From positions 1 to 55,803 of IMG/VR virus record IMGVR_UViG_3300016472_000794: a stretch of DNA of 55,803 nucleotides. One strand, given 5' to 3'. This stretch comes from a virus. Lineage: Duplodnaviria; Caudoviricetes. Below are positions 1-8,717 of the stretch, piece after piece. How positions within the stretch are numbered: position 1 is the first letter of the stretch; each line of letters begins with the position of its first letter. A model generated the notes under the pieces. That model made no database searches, was not told the DNA's origin, and worked only from the letters and a program-made list of their open reading frames with translations. The position numbers and the translations under genes were made by a program.

Positions 1-1452
1 CCGCCCGCGCCCGAGCCGCCGGTCAATATCGAGCAGACCGCGCTCGACAAGTTTCTGCGCCTTGTCGCCAATTCGCGCCAGACACTCGACGATGTGCAGT
101 CAGGCATCGACTCGACGTTGCGCAGCGATCCGGGTCGCGGTCGCACCATGGTCGACAATCTCGGCGTCAGCGCCGAGAAGACCATGAAGTTTCTGAACAA
201 GTCGACCGGCCAGACGGCGGGCCTGGCGGAGGAGGTGTTCAGCGGTCGCAACAAGGACATCATCACGCGCCTTGAAAACGATCTGGATGCCGCGCTGCCG
301 CCGCCGGAAATGAACACGGTCGCCGAACTCGACCCGGCCCTGGGCGGCGGCGCCATGATGGCGCGCCGCGCTCAGGCGCGCCAAGAGTTTGATCGTCTAC
401 GCCAGGAAGAGTACGCCAAGATTTGGGGAACGCCGGTCACGCCTGATCGGGCGCAGACCGCCAATGCAATCCTCGCGCAGATCGCTGAAGATCCCATCGT
501 GCAGTCCGCCGCGCGGCGCGCCAACGAGATCTGGATCAGGCCGCAAATGGCGCGCGCCATCGAGGAGGTCAGCGCCGGCCGTCCGGCGCCGCAGATTGAT
601 CCCCTCTCCTCCAATCCGTTGCGCCAGCTCCACTACATCAAGCGCGGCCTCGATGAGGAGGTGGCCTGGCGCAATCGACCGCTCAGCCAGAACCCCCTTA
701 CCGAGGAAGAGGAGGCTACGGTGCGCGCGCTGCGCGGCACGCTGCGTCGTGCGCTCGACGATCTCATTCCGGGCTATCGCGACGCCAACGCCAAGTGGGG
801 CGATGAATCCGCTGCGGTGTACGCCATGAACCATGGGCGCAAGCTGCTGCGCGGTCGCTTCAACCCTGCGGCCATGGAAGAACTGGCGGCGATGACGCCG
901 TTCGAGCGCCAGTACGCCACGGTCGGCCTCAAGGACGACATCCTGGAGACCCTGCGCACCGGCGACAAGGAAGGTCGCCGCAACATCGCCGACGCGCTCC
1001 TCAACACCGAGACGCAGCGGCGCCTGAGAGCGATCCTTGGCCCCGACATTGCGGAGCGCATCAAATACGCCCTCTCCACCGAAAGCCGCCTGTTCCGCAC
1101 CGCCAGCTACGCCGGCGCGCGTTCCGGGTCAGACACCGGCGTGTTCGGCGCCGAGCTGCTCGACGACGCCGTCAACATCCAGAAGCCGAACGGGCCCATT
1201 GACGCCGCCTGGAAGTTCGGAAGCGCAATGCTGAACGATATCGCCTCCGGCATGAACGAACGCCGACGCGATGCGCTTGGCCGCCTCCTGCTGCAGTCAA
1301 CCGACGACCCCTACTCCGCCGAGCAGGTGAAGGAAATCTTCCGCCTGCTTCGCGAGCGGGCCGAGCAGCGCGCGCGGTCGGCGAACAATGTGGCGGTGAG
1401 CGGCGCCCAGTCTGGCGCTGGCTTGGGGCAGGACCGCCAGATCGGCTACTAG
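1..1452 (+). CDS. C-terminal part of a large DNA ejection/internal virion protein (continues from 55039-55803)
   Basis: Frame 1 is open from base 1 (PPAPEPPVNIEQ...). Helical Ala/Arg-rich sequence with LHYIKRGLD, YRDANAKW and SGSDT segments typical of podovirus ejection proteins; last gene before the tail fibre. Confidence 0.7.
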   Translation, partial: PPAPEPPVNIEQTALDKFLRLVANSRQTLDDVQSGIDSTLRSDPGRGRTMVDNLGVSAEKTMKFLNKSTGQTAGLAEEVFSGRNKDIITRLENDLDAALPPPEMNTVAELDPALGGGAMMARRAQARQEFDRLRQEEYAKIWGTPVTPDRAQTANAILAQIAEDPIVQSAARRANEIWIRPQMARAIEEVSAGRPAPQIDPLSSNPLRQLHYIKRGLDEEVAWRNRPLSQNPLTEEEEATVRALRGTLRRALDDLIPGYRDANAKWGDESAAVYAMNHGRKLLRGRFNPAAMEELAAMTPFERQYATVGLKDDILETLRTGDKEGRRNIADALLNTETQRRLRAILGPDIAERIKYALSTESRLFRTASYAGARSGSDTGVFGAELLDDAVNIQKPNGPIDAAWKFGSAMLNDIASGMNERRRDALGRLLLQSTDDPYSAEQVKEIFRLLRERAEQRARSANNVAVSGAQSGAGLGQDRQIGY

Positions 1453-1631
1453 ATCGACAGCACCACCTGCGTGAGCTTGGCGAGGCCAAGGATCACCGCC
1501 ACCACGGCGACGATGAGAAGTGTCAGGCGGCGATATTCGAGCAGCGCCACGATCAGGCCGCCGACGACGATCACGGCGATCATGACCGCCAGCAGGGTCT
1601 CCTTGCCGAAAATGTGGATGAGGGCGGCCAT
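1449..1631 (-). CDS. 60-aa two-TM membrane protein, candidate superinfection exclusion
   Basis: MAALIHIFGKETLLAVMIAVIVVGGLIVALLEYRRLTLLIVAVVAVILGLAK; AGGGAG RBS upstream; antisense to the late genes. Confidence 0.6.
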   Translation of the reverse strand: MAALIHIFGKETLLAVMIAVIVVGGLIVALLEYRRLTLLIVAVVAVILGLAKLTQVVLSI

Positions 1632-1673
1632 GGTAATCTCCCTGTCTATCGACGTCCGTCTTAGCAGGAACCC

Positions 1674-3026
1674 TTGATGACCGACAATGCGATCTGGTCT
1701 TGGTCGGTGACGGCCGGGAGCAACGGCACCGCCGACTCCACCGTCAACCAGGCGGAGGGCATGGGCGCTGCGATCACGAACAACTCCGCCCGGGCGGAGA
1801 TGGCGCGGCACAAGGCCTTCATCGACATTCTGGGCGGCAACTCCGGCACCGTCACCTACGGCGGGGCGGCCAACGCCTACACCATCGCCTCCCCGTCCGG
1901 TCATACGCTCTCCAGCTACGCCACCGGAATGCTGTTCCTGCTGGTCCCCAACAGCACCAACACCACCACGACGCCCACGCTGAACGTGGACGGACTGGGT
2001 GCGGGAACGATCTACCGCTCGGACGGCAGCGCCGTCGCCATCGGCGACATCGTCTCGGGCGGTTCGTACCTGCTGCGACGGACCGCCGGCGGCGCCTTCC
2101 ACATTGTCGGGCAGGTGGCGCTCGACGCCGATCTGGCCAGCTGGGCCGCGATCACCCGCGCGGCCAACTTCGACACCTTCGTCGCCTCCCCCACCAGCGC
2201 CAACCTGCGCGCGCTCATCACCGACGAGAGTGGCTCGGGAGCACTGCTTTTCGCCTCCGGCGCGCTGGGCACACCGGTGTCTGGCGTCCTCACCAACTGC
2301 ACCGGACTGCCGATCTCGACCGGCGTCTCGGGCCTTGGATCGGGCGTCGCCACGGCGCTGGCGGTCGCGGTTGGCGGCGCGGGCGCCTTCGTGACCTTCA
2401 ACGGCGCGCTGGGCACGCCCTCGTCGGGCACGCTCACCAACGCCACCGGGCTGCCAGTATCGACCGGCCTGACCGGGCTCGGCACTGGCGTCGCCACGGC
2501 GCTGGCAGTCAACATCGGAACCTCCGGCGCCTTCGTGACCAACGGCGGCGCGCTGGGCACGCCCTCCTCCGGCACCCTCACCAACTGCACCGGGCTGCCC
2601 GCGGCTGGCGTGACCGGCCTCGGCACCATCGCGACGTTCGCGGAGACAACCGCCGCCCAGTACCGCGCCAACACCGCCGCCAAGGCGCTCTCGACCGACA
2701 AGGTCTGGAGCGCGGCGGATTATGTGACGCTGACGGACGCCGTCACCATCGCGGTCGATATGTCGACGTTCCTCAACGCCAAGGTGACACTGGCCGGCAA
2801 CCGCACACTGGGCGCACCCACCAACGTCAAGAACGGCCAGACCGGCGTCATCGAGATCATTCAGGACGCAACCGGGGGGCGCACCCTCGCCTATCACGCC
2901 GACTGGCTCTTCGCGGGCGGCGTAGACCCGACGCTTTCCACCGCCGCCAACGCCAAGGATTTGCTGTTCTACCAGACCTTGTCGAACGGCAAGACCTACG
3001 CCACCCTGACCAAGGCGGTGGCCTGA
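1674..3026 (+). CDS. Tail fibre / receptor-binding protein
   Basis: N-terminal attachment-type segment (GGAANAYT...TLNVDGLG), internal GALGTPSSGTLTN repeats, C-terminal TLAGNRTL...QDATGGRTL...TLSTAANAKD module common in phage fibres. Confidence 0.8.
   Translation: MMTDNAIWSWSVTAGSNGTADSTVNQAEGMGAAITNNSARAEMARHKAFIDILGGNSGTVTYGGAANAYTIASPSGHTLSSYATGMLFLLVPNSTNTTTTPTLNVDGLGAGTIYRSDGSAVAIGDIVSGGSYLLRRTAGGAFHIVGQVALDADLASWAAITRAANFDTFVASPTSANLRALITDESGSGALLFASGALGTPVSGVLTNCTGLPISTGVSGLGSGVATALAVAVGGAGAFVTFNGALGTPSSGTLTNATGLPVSTGLTGLGTGVATALAVNIGTSGAFVTNGGALGTPSSGTLTNCTGLPAAGVTGLGTIATFAETTAAQYRANTAAKALSTDKVWSAADYVTLTDAVTIAVDMSTFLNAKVTLAGNRTLGAPTNVKNGQTGVIEIIQDATGGRTLAYHADWLFAGGVDPTLSTAANAKDLLFYQTLSNGKTYATLTKAVA
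2259..2626 (+). repeat. About 2.5 tandem copies of a 144-bp (48-aa) coding repeat in the tail fibre
   Basis: ggcgcgctgggcac recurs at 2259, 2403 and 2547. Confidence 0.9.
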
Positions 3027-3652
3027 TGCTGCCCGGCCTCGCTGGCATACTGGCGGGCGGCGCGCCGTTCGTCCCCTTCTCCCAGATTTTCACGTCGGGA
3101 TCGGGAACGATCACGGCGCCCGCCGGAGTCAGTAGCGCCACGATCACGAGCGACGGCTCCGGCGGCGGCGGCGGCTGGCGCACGTCCTCGACAGCCGTCG
3201 CGCGCGGCGGCGCCGGCGGCGGGCGGTGTGTCACGACGGTATCCGTCTCCCCGGGTGACCAGCTCAGCTATTCCGTTGCGGCCGGCGGCAATCAGGCTGT
3301 GAGCACAGGAACTGCGGGCGGCAATGGAGCCGCGACCACGACATCGGGCGGCACCGGCGGATTTGCCGGCATCGCCCACAGCGCCGGCGGCGGCCAAGGC
3401 GGCCCGGCGACAACCGGCACGGCCACCGGCGGCACTGCGAGCGGCGGCGCAACGAACACGAACGGGTCAAGCACGACGACCGTCAACGGCGGCGCCGGCG
3501 CGTCCGGTGCGGCGGGCGGCCTCGGCGCCGTGGTTGGCGTCAGCGCGCCCACCGCAGCGACGGCCCCGGGCGGCGGCGGTGGCGGCGGCAACGACACCGA
3601 TGGCGCTCCCACGGCTGGCGCGGCGGGGCAATTCAAGGTCGACTGGGCCTGA
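3026..3652 (+). CDS. Glycine-rich fibre-tip/adhesin protein
   Basis: Starts MLPGLAGILAGG in a TGATG overlap; FTSGSGTITAPAGV...GGAGGG...SVSPGDQLSYSV...GAAGQFKVDW glycine-rich domain. Confidence 0.75.
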   Translation: MLPGLAGILAGGAPFVPFSQIFTSGSGTITAPAGVSSATITSDGSGGGGGWRTSSTAVARGGAGGGRCVTTVSVSPGDQLSYSVAAGGNQAVSTGTAGGNGAATTTSGGTGGFAGIAHSAGGGQGGPATTGTATGGTASGGATNTNGSSTTTVNGGAGASGAAGGLGAVVGVSAPTAATAPGGGGGGGNDTDGAPTAGAAGQFKVDWA

Positions 3653-3693
3653 GCTGAGCGCAGCGCGCCCGGCGACGCGCGTATCATCTACGC

Positions 3694-4038
3694 ATGACTG
3701 ATGCGCCCCCCACCCCTTCTTCGCGCCGCCGCCGCGCCGCGCCAGTGAATGATGTCCCGCTCCACGCCGCCCCGCGCGGCGGCAGCATGTCGAACCCGGT
3801 CACGGTGTTCCTCGCCAAACTGCTCGACACCGGCTGGCGTCGCGCTTTCCCTTGGGCGGCGCTCGTGATCGTCTGCTGGGCGTTCGTTTCGAACATCGTG
3901 TCGCGCGACCTGCCGCCCATCGATCTCGATCCGTACATCTGGCTGGCGGGATTCGTCACCACGACGTTCATGTTCCGCGGCGCCGTCGACAAGGGCGGGA
4001 TCGCTGGCATCATCCGCGCCGCCCGCGCCGCCGGATGA
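3694..4038 (+). CDS. Putative holin (alternative start at 3787)
   Basis: Two hydrophobic segments, GWRRAFPW motif and basic C-terminus; immediately upstream of the spanins. Confidence 0.6.
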   Translation: MTDAPPTPSSRRRRAAPVNDVPLHAAPRGGSMSNPVTVFLAKLLDTGWRRAFPWAALVIVCWAFVSNIVSRDLPPIDLDPYIWLAGFVTTTFMFRGAVDKGGIAGIIRAARAAG

Positions 4039-4460
4039 CGTTGCCGCCACGCCTCGTTACCGGAGCCGGCCTTGCGCTGGCCGCGGTGCTCGCGCTCGCC
4101 GTGACAGCCTTCCTCGCCCGTCAGGGCGGGCTGTCGCACGCGCGCCGTGAGGCGCAGGCGCGCGAGGACCGGATCGCCGCCGAAACCGCCACCCTCCAGG
4201 CCCGCGTCGCGACGCTCGACAAGGCCATCAGCGACGCCGCCGCCCGCGACCGCGTCGTCATCATCCGAGAGACGCGCAATGCAGTGGACGACATTCTTCA
4301 GGCGCCCCTTGGGCCCGATCTTGCTGTGGGTGATCTTCGCGAGCTGCGTGATCGCGTTGAGCGGCTGCGCAACGAGACCGACGCGCGTCGTGCTCAATTC
4401 CTTGCCGGCGGAAGCCCCGCCGGAACGTTGCACGCGGCCGGCGCTTCCCGGCGACCCTGA
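4035..4460 (+). CDS. i-spanin (Rz-like)
   Basis: N-terminal TM followed by coiled coil; ATGA overlap with the holin. Confidence 0.7.
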   Translation: MTLPPRLVTGAGLALAAVLALAVTAFLARQGGLSHARREAQAREDRIAAETATLQARVATLDKAISDAAARDRVVIIRETRNAVDDILQAPLGPDLAVGDLRELRDRVERLRNETDARRAQFLAGGSPAGTLHAAGASRRP

Positions 4461-4599
4461 TCTGGAGAAGATGGCGGGCTGGACGCCGGCTGAATGGGCG
4501 CGCGCCTATTTCGCCCTGCAGGCGGACGCCAGCGGCGCGGTCGCCGAATGCGAGCTGGACCGAGACCGCCTCTGGCTGCGCCAGCAAACGACCCGCTGA
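4279..4599 (+). CDS. o-spanin lipoprotein (Rz1-like), overlapped in the +1 frame
   Basis: Signal peptide with lipobox LSGC, Pro-rich mature part with Cys; overlaps the 3' half of the i-spanin. Confidence 0.75.
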   Translation: MQWTTFFRRPLGPILLWVIFASCVIALSGCATRPTRVVLNSLPAEAPPERCTRPALPGDPDLEKMAGWTPAEWARAYFALQADASGAVAECELDRDRLWLRQQTTR

Positions 4600-4611
4600 A
4601 CTCAGGCGCGG

Positions 4612-4627
4612 TGTTTCATGTGAAACA
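4612..4627. promoter_or_regulatory. parS-like site
   Basis: TGTTTCATGTGAAACA, 15/16 match to the canonical parS palindrome TGTTTCACGTGAAACA; intergenic between convergent units. Confidence 0.75.
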
Positions 4628-4719
4628 TCGCCAGCCGGCGCCCTCTGGACAGGAGGATGCAACGGGCAAGCGCTCTTTCGGGGGACACGAAGAACGCCCG
4701 GGCGCCGGCTGGCAGACGT

Positions 4720-5472
4720 CTAGCTCTCACGATTCTGCTGGTCGGACAAGGGCGACCGGAGCCTGGCCGCCGTCCAGCGTCGCACCGTGGTGACCGGCAC
4801 GCCGGTCTCCCGGCTGATGGCGGTCGGATTCATGCCGCCGGCGTGCAGCGCTTCGACATGCGCCCGGGCGCTGGGAAAGTTCACCGTGGAGACCGCAGCC
4901 GGTCTTTCGGCGCCCACGTTCGCAGGCGCGGGCGACGGGGCGGTCGCCGCCTCCGCCGGGGTGGTCGCCCCTGACGCCACTGCGGACGCCACCGCCGCCA
5001 CCGTGGACGCCATGGCCACGGCATCGGTGACCGCGTGACCGTTTTCGGTGGCCAGCCTGGGCGCCGACGGCGCCGGGGCGGTCGCCGACCCGCGCTCGGT
5101 GTCGTTCACCGCCCACATCAGCGCCGGATCGATCAGCGAGGAGAGGGTGAAGAAGGCCAGCAGCCAGAACGATTCCATCGTCCCGAGATCCGCGCGGGCG
5201 AGACTGGCGGCGTGGTGGGCGCTGTAGCCGCTCCAGCCGGCGAAGAGGATGAGCGCCGCGGTCCAGATCCCCATGGACGTGCGGCGTGCGTGTTCCTGGG
5301 CCTCGCGCAGCTGGTGGCTGGCGTTGAGCATCATGGCTGCGGCGAAGACGCTGACGATGGCGCTCGGGCCCGCCGAGCCGGTGGCCCAGCCCCAGGCGCC
5401 GAATCCACCCAAAAACAGCGCCCAGCCCACGACGACGCGCTTCACCCAGGTGGTTGGTCGACGCGCGCTCAT
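4720..5472 (-). CDS. Multi-TM membrane protein with C-terminal helix-turn-helix
   Basis: About 4 hydrophobic segments, Ala/Pro linker, then GMNPTAISRETGVPVTTVRRW. Confidence 0.7.
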   Translation of the reverse strand: MSARRPTTWVKRVVVGWALFLGGFGAWGWATGSAGPSAIVSVFAAAMMLNASHQLREAQEHARRTSMGIWTAALILFAGWSGYSAHHAASLARADLGTMESFWLLAFFTLSSLIDPALMWAVNDTERGSATAPAPSAPRLATENGHAVTDAVAMASTVAAVASAVASGATTPAEAATAPSPAPANVGAERPAAVSTVNFPSARAHVEALHAGGMNPTAISRETGVPVTTVRRWTAARLRSPLSDQQNRES

Positions 5473-5666
5473 CGAACGAACAGCAGCCCCGTGAGGCAGA
5501 TCATGGCGCCGAGCGCGACGAGGCCGGCCCCGGAGAGCCGCAGGACCACGCTCAGGCGCGGGCCGACGCCATTGATGACGGTCAGGCACGACCACATCGG
5601 CGCGCCAACGCTGGCGAGCAGGAGGCCAGCCATGACGGTGAGGAGGGCTTCAGGTGTTGGGAGCAT
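5469..5666 (-). CDS. Small membrane protein
   Basis: 65 aa with two hydrophobic segments; ATGA overlap with the next gene. Confidence 0.55.
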   Translation of the reverse strand: MLPTPEALLTVMAGLLLASVGAPMWSCLTVINGVGPRLSVVLRLSGAGLVALGAMICLTGLLFVR

Positions 5667-5799
5667 GGCGTCAGGGTGCGGTGCGGCGGTTAATGGATTG
5701 TTAGCAGACGCGCCGCACCGTGGGCGCGCCCAGACGACCTTCGGTGGCGCCTACAAGCACCCCTCGTCGTGATCCGGCGGCCCATCCAGGGCGTCTGGG

Positions 5800-6258
5800 C
5801 TACCCTTGCGCTTTCAGGGCCGCATCCCTGGCGGCGTTCAGCTCCGACATGACCTCCACGCTTCCGCCCGCATCCGGGTGCGCCAGCGCGGCCTTCTTGC
5901 GGTAGGCGGCGCGGATCTCCTCGGGGGAGGCGAGGGGCGAAATCTCCAGCACCTGCGCCCAGTGAGGGCGGCCGGGGGTCTTCACGGCCATCGCCATTTT
6001 CAGCGCTTCGGCGCGCGCAAAGATGGCGCCCCACCGCGCCTCGGCCAGTATCACTGCGGCGCGCACCGCCGTGCCCGCCTGTGCGGGGTGCCTCATGTTG
6101 GCGGCGCCGCTACGCCCCGGCGAAACCAGCGCACCCATCAGGGCGTCGACGACGTGCAGAGCCGTATCGCGCTGACCCAGCTCGTCGATCATGTCTCCCA
6201 CCACCTGATCGAGGCGCTCGCGAAGCGGGGAGTGTTTCGGCTCTGCACTGCTCATCAA
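5800..6258 (-). CDS. J-domain (DnaJ-like) protein
   Basis: WAQVLEI...EEIRAAYRKKAALAHPDAGGS...ELNAARD with an intact HPD motif. Confidence 0.9.
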   Translation of the reverse strand: MMSSAEPKHSPLRERLDQVVGDMIDELGQRDTALHVVDALMGALVSPGRSGAANMRHPAQAGTAVRAAVILAEARWGAIFARAEALKMAMAVKTPGRPHWAQVLEISPLASPEEIRAAYRKKAALAHPDAGGSVEVMSELNAARDAALKAQG

Positions 6259-6276
6259 GTCTTGACCTTTTGCGCA

Positions 6277-7245
6277 TCATGCGGCGCGCAGTATGCGCCC
6301 CAGTTCAGTTGCGATTGCGTCGTCGCTCTCTGCGATTTGCACCATGTTTCCCGGGCGCACATAGGCGGGAGGCTGAGGGACATCGCCTGGATTCAGGAGC
6401 AGAGTAAACGCCGCCCTCTGCATCCTCCGCAATCGCGCCCAGCGGTCCTTATCGAATGATCCTGTCGGGTTCCAGATGTTCGGCTCCCAGTCGCTCGTGC
6501 AGTCGAGCCGCGCGCGATAACCCTTGGCCACCGCCTCCCGAATGTGAGTTGGGAGATAACCGCCTTCGCGCGTCTCGATCATCCATTGCAGCGCCGCCGC
6601 ATGAGTCGGCCAGCAATGCACCGCAGGCCCGACATCGTCGCCGAGGAAGACATAGGCGCGCCCGTCCACGCAGAACCGGATGGTTGGGTGCGTGGCCTGT
6701 TCGCGCTTGCTGGCGCCGCAGCCGTACCCAGCGGGATTGTCGGGAACGGTGCTGTATTCCCAGCGCGCCGCCCGCAGCATCTCCATCGGATAGTCGAGCG
6801 TGTTGGCGTAGCGGGGGAGGGCAAGGCGCGCCATCTCCAGACCGGCGGTCCAGTCCTCCAAATCGCCGTCGCTCGATGCGGTGTGCGTCTCAGCGACCGA
6901 GCAGAGATAGCAGAGCGCCGCGACGACGGCGATGTCGTAGGGCTTGCGCGCGGTCTTGCAGAACGCCCACGCCGGGTTTTCGCCCGGGTAGCGCGGCGCC
7001 CGCACGACACTGCGCTCGATGTAGAAGGTCTCGTGACCGTCATCGCCGATGCCGTTGAATGTCAGGTGATCCGGCCCGAAGAATGGGCGCACGCCGCCCT
7101 CGTTGTACTCCTTCGCCAGCGGCACGCCCTGCACATGCTCGGCGTGATCGCAGATCGTTCGAAGGTCTTCGCAAATCTGCTTCCATGCGGCCTTCGAGAT
7201 GCGCTTCTTGGTCTGCGTCCAGTAGTGGGTGTAGCCCATTGTCAT
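6277..7245 (-). CDS. Conserved phage hypothetical protein (MGYTHYW...FCKTARKPYD type)
   Basis: Recognisable motifs GYTHYW, HETF, FCKTARKPYD, SSDG; AGGAGA RBS. Confidence 0.7.
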   Translation of the reverse strand: MTMGYTHYWTQTKKRISKAAWKQICEDLRTICDHAEHVQGVPLAKEYNEGGVRPFFGPDHLTFNGIGDDGHETFYIERSVVRAPRYPGENPAWAFCKTARKPYDIAVVAALCYLCSVAETHTASSDGDLEDWTAGLEMARLALPRYANTLDYPMEMLRAARWEYSTVPDNPAGYGCGASKREQATHPTIRFCVDGRAYVFLGDDVGPAVHCWPTHAAALQWMIETREGGYLPTHIREAVAKGYRARLDCTSDWEPNIWNPTGSFDKDRWARLRRMQRAAFTLLLNPGDVPQPPAYVRPGNMVQIAESDDAIATELGRILRAA

Positions 7246-7424
7246 CTCTCCTGAGTTCGGGGGGCTAGTTCGACGCGTTCGTTTCCGCAGGCGTCGCGTG
7301 CGGCGGCGTCTGCTGTCCCGTACCGCCGCGCGTGCTCGGCGAACGGGGAGTAGCTCTTGCGGCGGCCGGGTGGACAGACGTACCAGCCATCGCCGTTACG
7401 ACGCAGCACCCAATAGTGAGTCAT
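7242..7424 (-). CDS. Hypothetical protein (60 aa)
   Basis: MTHYWVLRRNGDGWYV...; RBS present and ATGA overlaps at both ends. Confidence 0.6.
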   Translation of the reverse strand: MTHYWVLRRNGDGWYVCPPGRRKSYSPFAEHARRYGTADAAARDACGNERVELAPRTQER

Positions 7425-7750
7425 GCTTGGCGCTCCTCTTGTGCGAGATAGTCTTCCCGGTTGGAGATGTGGATTTCGATGGAGAAGGGCTTGGTGCGCC
7501 CGCGCTCGTGCGAGAAGGGCAGGATGGCGCCGGTTGATCCGCGCCGCCACGCATGCGCCGCCGCCCACGCCACATCCTTCTTGGAGAGGCCGTAGGCGTA
7601 ACCGGGCCCAGATGCGCACGCGCCCTGTGCGTTGGCTTCCGACTGCAGGATTTCCTTCAGCTCGCGGCGAGTCTCACACCGGACCACATAGCTGTTGTTC
7701 GGCATGTAGCATCCGCGCAACCCGGTCAGGATCTGGAAGTAGCGCGCCAT
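7421..7750 (-). CDS. Hypothetical protein
   Basis: MARYFQILTGLRGCYMPN...; GGAGA RBS; translationally coupled. Confidence 0.65.
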   Translation of the reverse strand: MARYFQILTGLRGCYMPNNSYVVRCETRRELKEILQSEANAQGACASGPGYAYGLSKKDVAWAAAHAWRRGSTGAILPFSHERGRTKPFSIEIHISNREDYLAQEERQA

Positions 7751-8109
7751 CACACCGTCTCCGCTGCGAGGTGGCGCGCCAGCGCTTTCAGCGGACACAC
7801 GCCATCGTACGGCGTGAAATTGACGTCGCCGCGGCGCCTGTAAGCTTGGTGGAGTGGGCCGCCGCCGCGCGTGATCGAGATCGACCTCTGATCCCAGCGC
7901 GCCAGCGGGATCGTGTTCAGGTGGATGTCTCCGTTGGCCAGCGCTTCGCGAATCTCGTCGCGCGTCGCCGGGACGTCCTTTTCCGTGAGCCCGGCCTCCA
8001 GCGCGATCTCCAGAAAGTAGCGCTGGTGCTTCTCCTCGCGCCACTCGTTGAAGGCCCGGTCGCCTTTCGGCGCGCCTTCATTGCTCATGTACCAAGCGCG
8101 GGTCAGCAT
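7750..8109 (-). CDS. Hypothetical phage protein (DxHLNxIPLxxWD motif)
   Basis: Coupled ORF; motif seen in other phage early proteins. Confidence 0.6.
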   Translation of the reverse strand: MLTRAWYMSNEGAPKGDRAFNEWREEKHQRYFLEIALEAGLTEKDVPATRDEIREALANGDIHLNTIPLARWDQRSISITRGGGPLHQAYRRRGDVNFTPYDGVCPLKALARHLAAETV

Positions 8110-8447
8110 GGGCGAGCCCCCCGGAAATCGGCGCCGACCCACCGCCACATGGCGTCCTGCACCGGGGTTCCCCAGTCGGACACGATGTTCTCGCGAATGT
8201 GCCGGTCGAGACCGTTCGCCTGCGCGGCGATGTCGTTCCAGTGCGCGACGAAGGCGCCGTGGTGCATGACGCCGTCCGCGTCGACGAAGTCACACATCAG
8301 AAAGCCATCGCTGGTGATGGTCGCCTCGCCGACAAAGTACGCGTCGGTGCGGCGCATGTCGTCTGGCACGTCGAACGCGCGGTCGAGCATCGCCATGAAA
8401 AACGGCGAGCATCGCACGACATAGACTATTCCCCGGGGCTCGATCAT
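8103..8447 (-). CDS. Hypothetical protein
   Basis: AGGAGA RBS; first gene after the promoter at about 8470-8500. Confidence 0.65.
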   Translation of the reverse strand: MIEPRGIVYVVRCSPFFMAMLDRAFDVPDDMRRTDAYFVGEATITSDGFLMCDFVDADGVMHHGAFVAHWNDIAAQANGLDRHIRENIVSDWGTPVQDAMWRWVGADFRGARPC

Positions 8448-8469
8448 GATTGCGTCTCCTGTCTCTCCA

Positions 8470-8499
8470 TAAATAGGACGTCTATTTTACAGTTCAAGC
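8470..8499 (-). promoter_or_regulatory. Early promoter/operator, copy 1
   Basis: Minus strand GCTTGAACTGTAAAATAGACGTCCTATTTA; shares AAAATAGACGTCYTAT with copies at about 11111 and 21934. Confidence 0.7.
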
Positions 8500-8717
8500 C
8501 CGACGCCGGGATTGTGCCGCGCGATCACCTCGGTCGACCCTCTGGCGCGCACGCGCAGGGTGCGATCCGGATAGTGCCTGGCGTAGTACCCGGTCATGAT
8601 GTCCACCGCCTGCACGCGACGGTCGCAGGTCAGCAGCCAGAGCCACGATGTGTCGGTCTTGCGCTGCACCTCGATCAAGTATTGGCGCTCGGGTTCTGCA
8701 AGGTGTCTCGGGGGCAT
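8487..8717 (-). CDS. Hypothetical protein
   Basis: MPPRHLAEPERQYLIEVQ...; AAGGA RBS. Confidence 0.55.
   Translation of the reverse strand: MPPRHLAEPERQYLIEVQRKTDTSWLWLLTCDRRVQAVDIMTGYYARHYPDRTLRVRARGSTEVIARHNPGVGLEL

Noticed and set aside
1700-3025. N-terminal ~440 aa of the 650-aa ORF 1700-3652
   Set aside because: Off-frame shadow of the tail fibre gene; the real gene starts at the TGATG overlap at 3026.
1674-3652. Diversity-generating retroelement or invertible tail-fibre cassette
   Set aside because: No reverse transcriptase or invertase is present, and the paralogous Gly-rich domains differ at many non-adenine positions.
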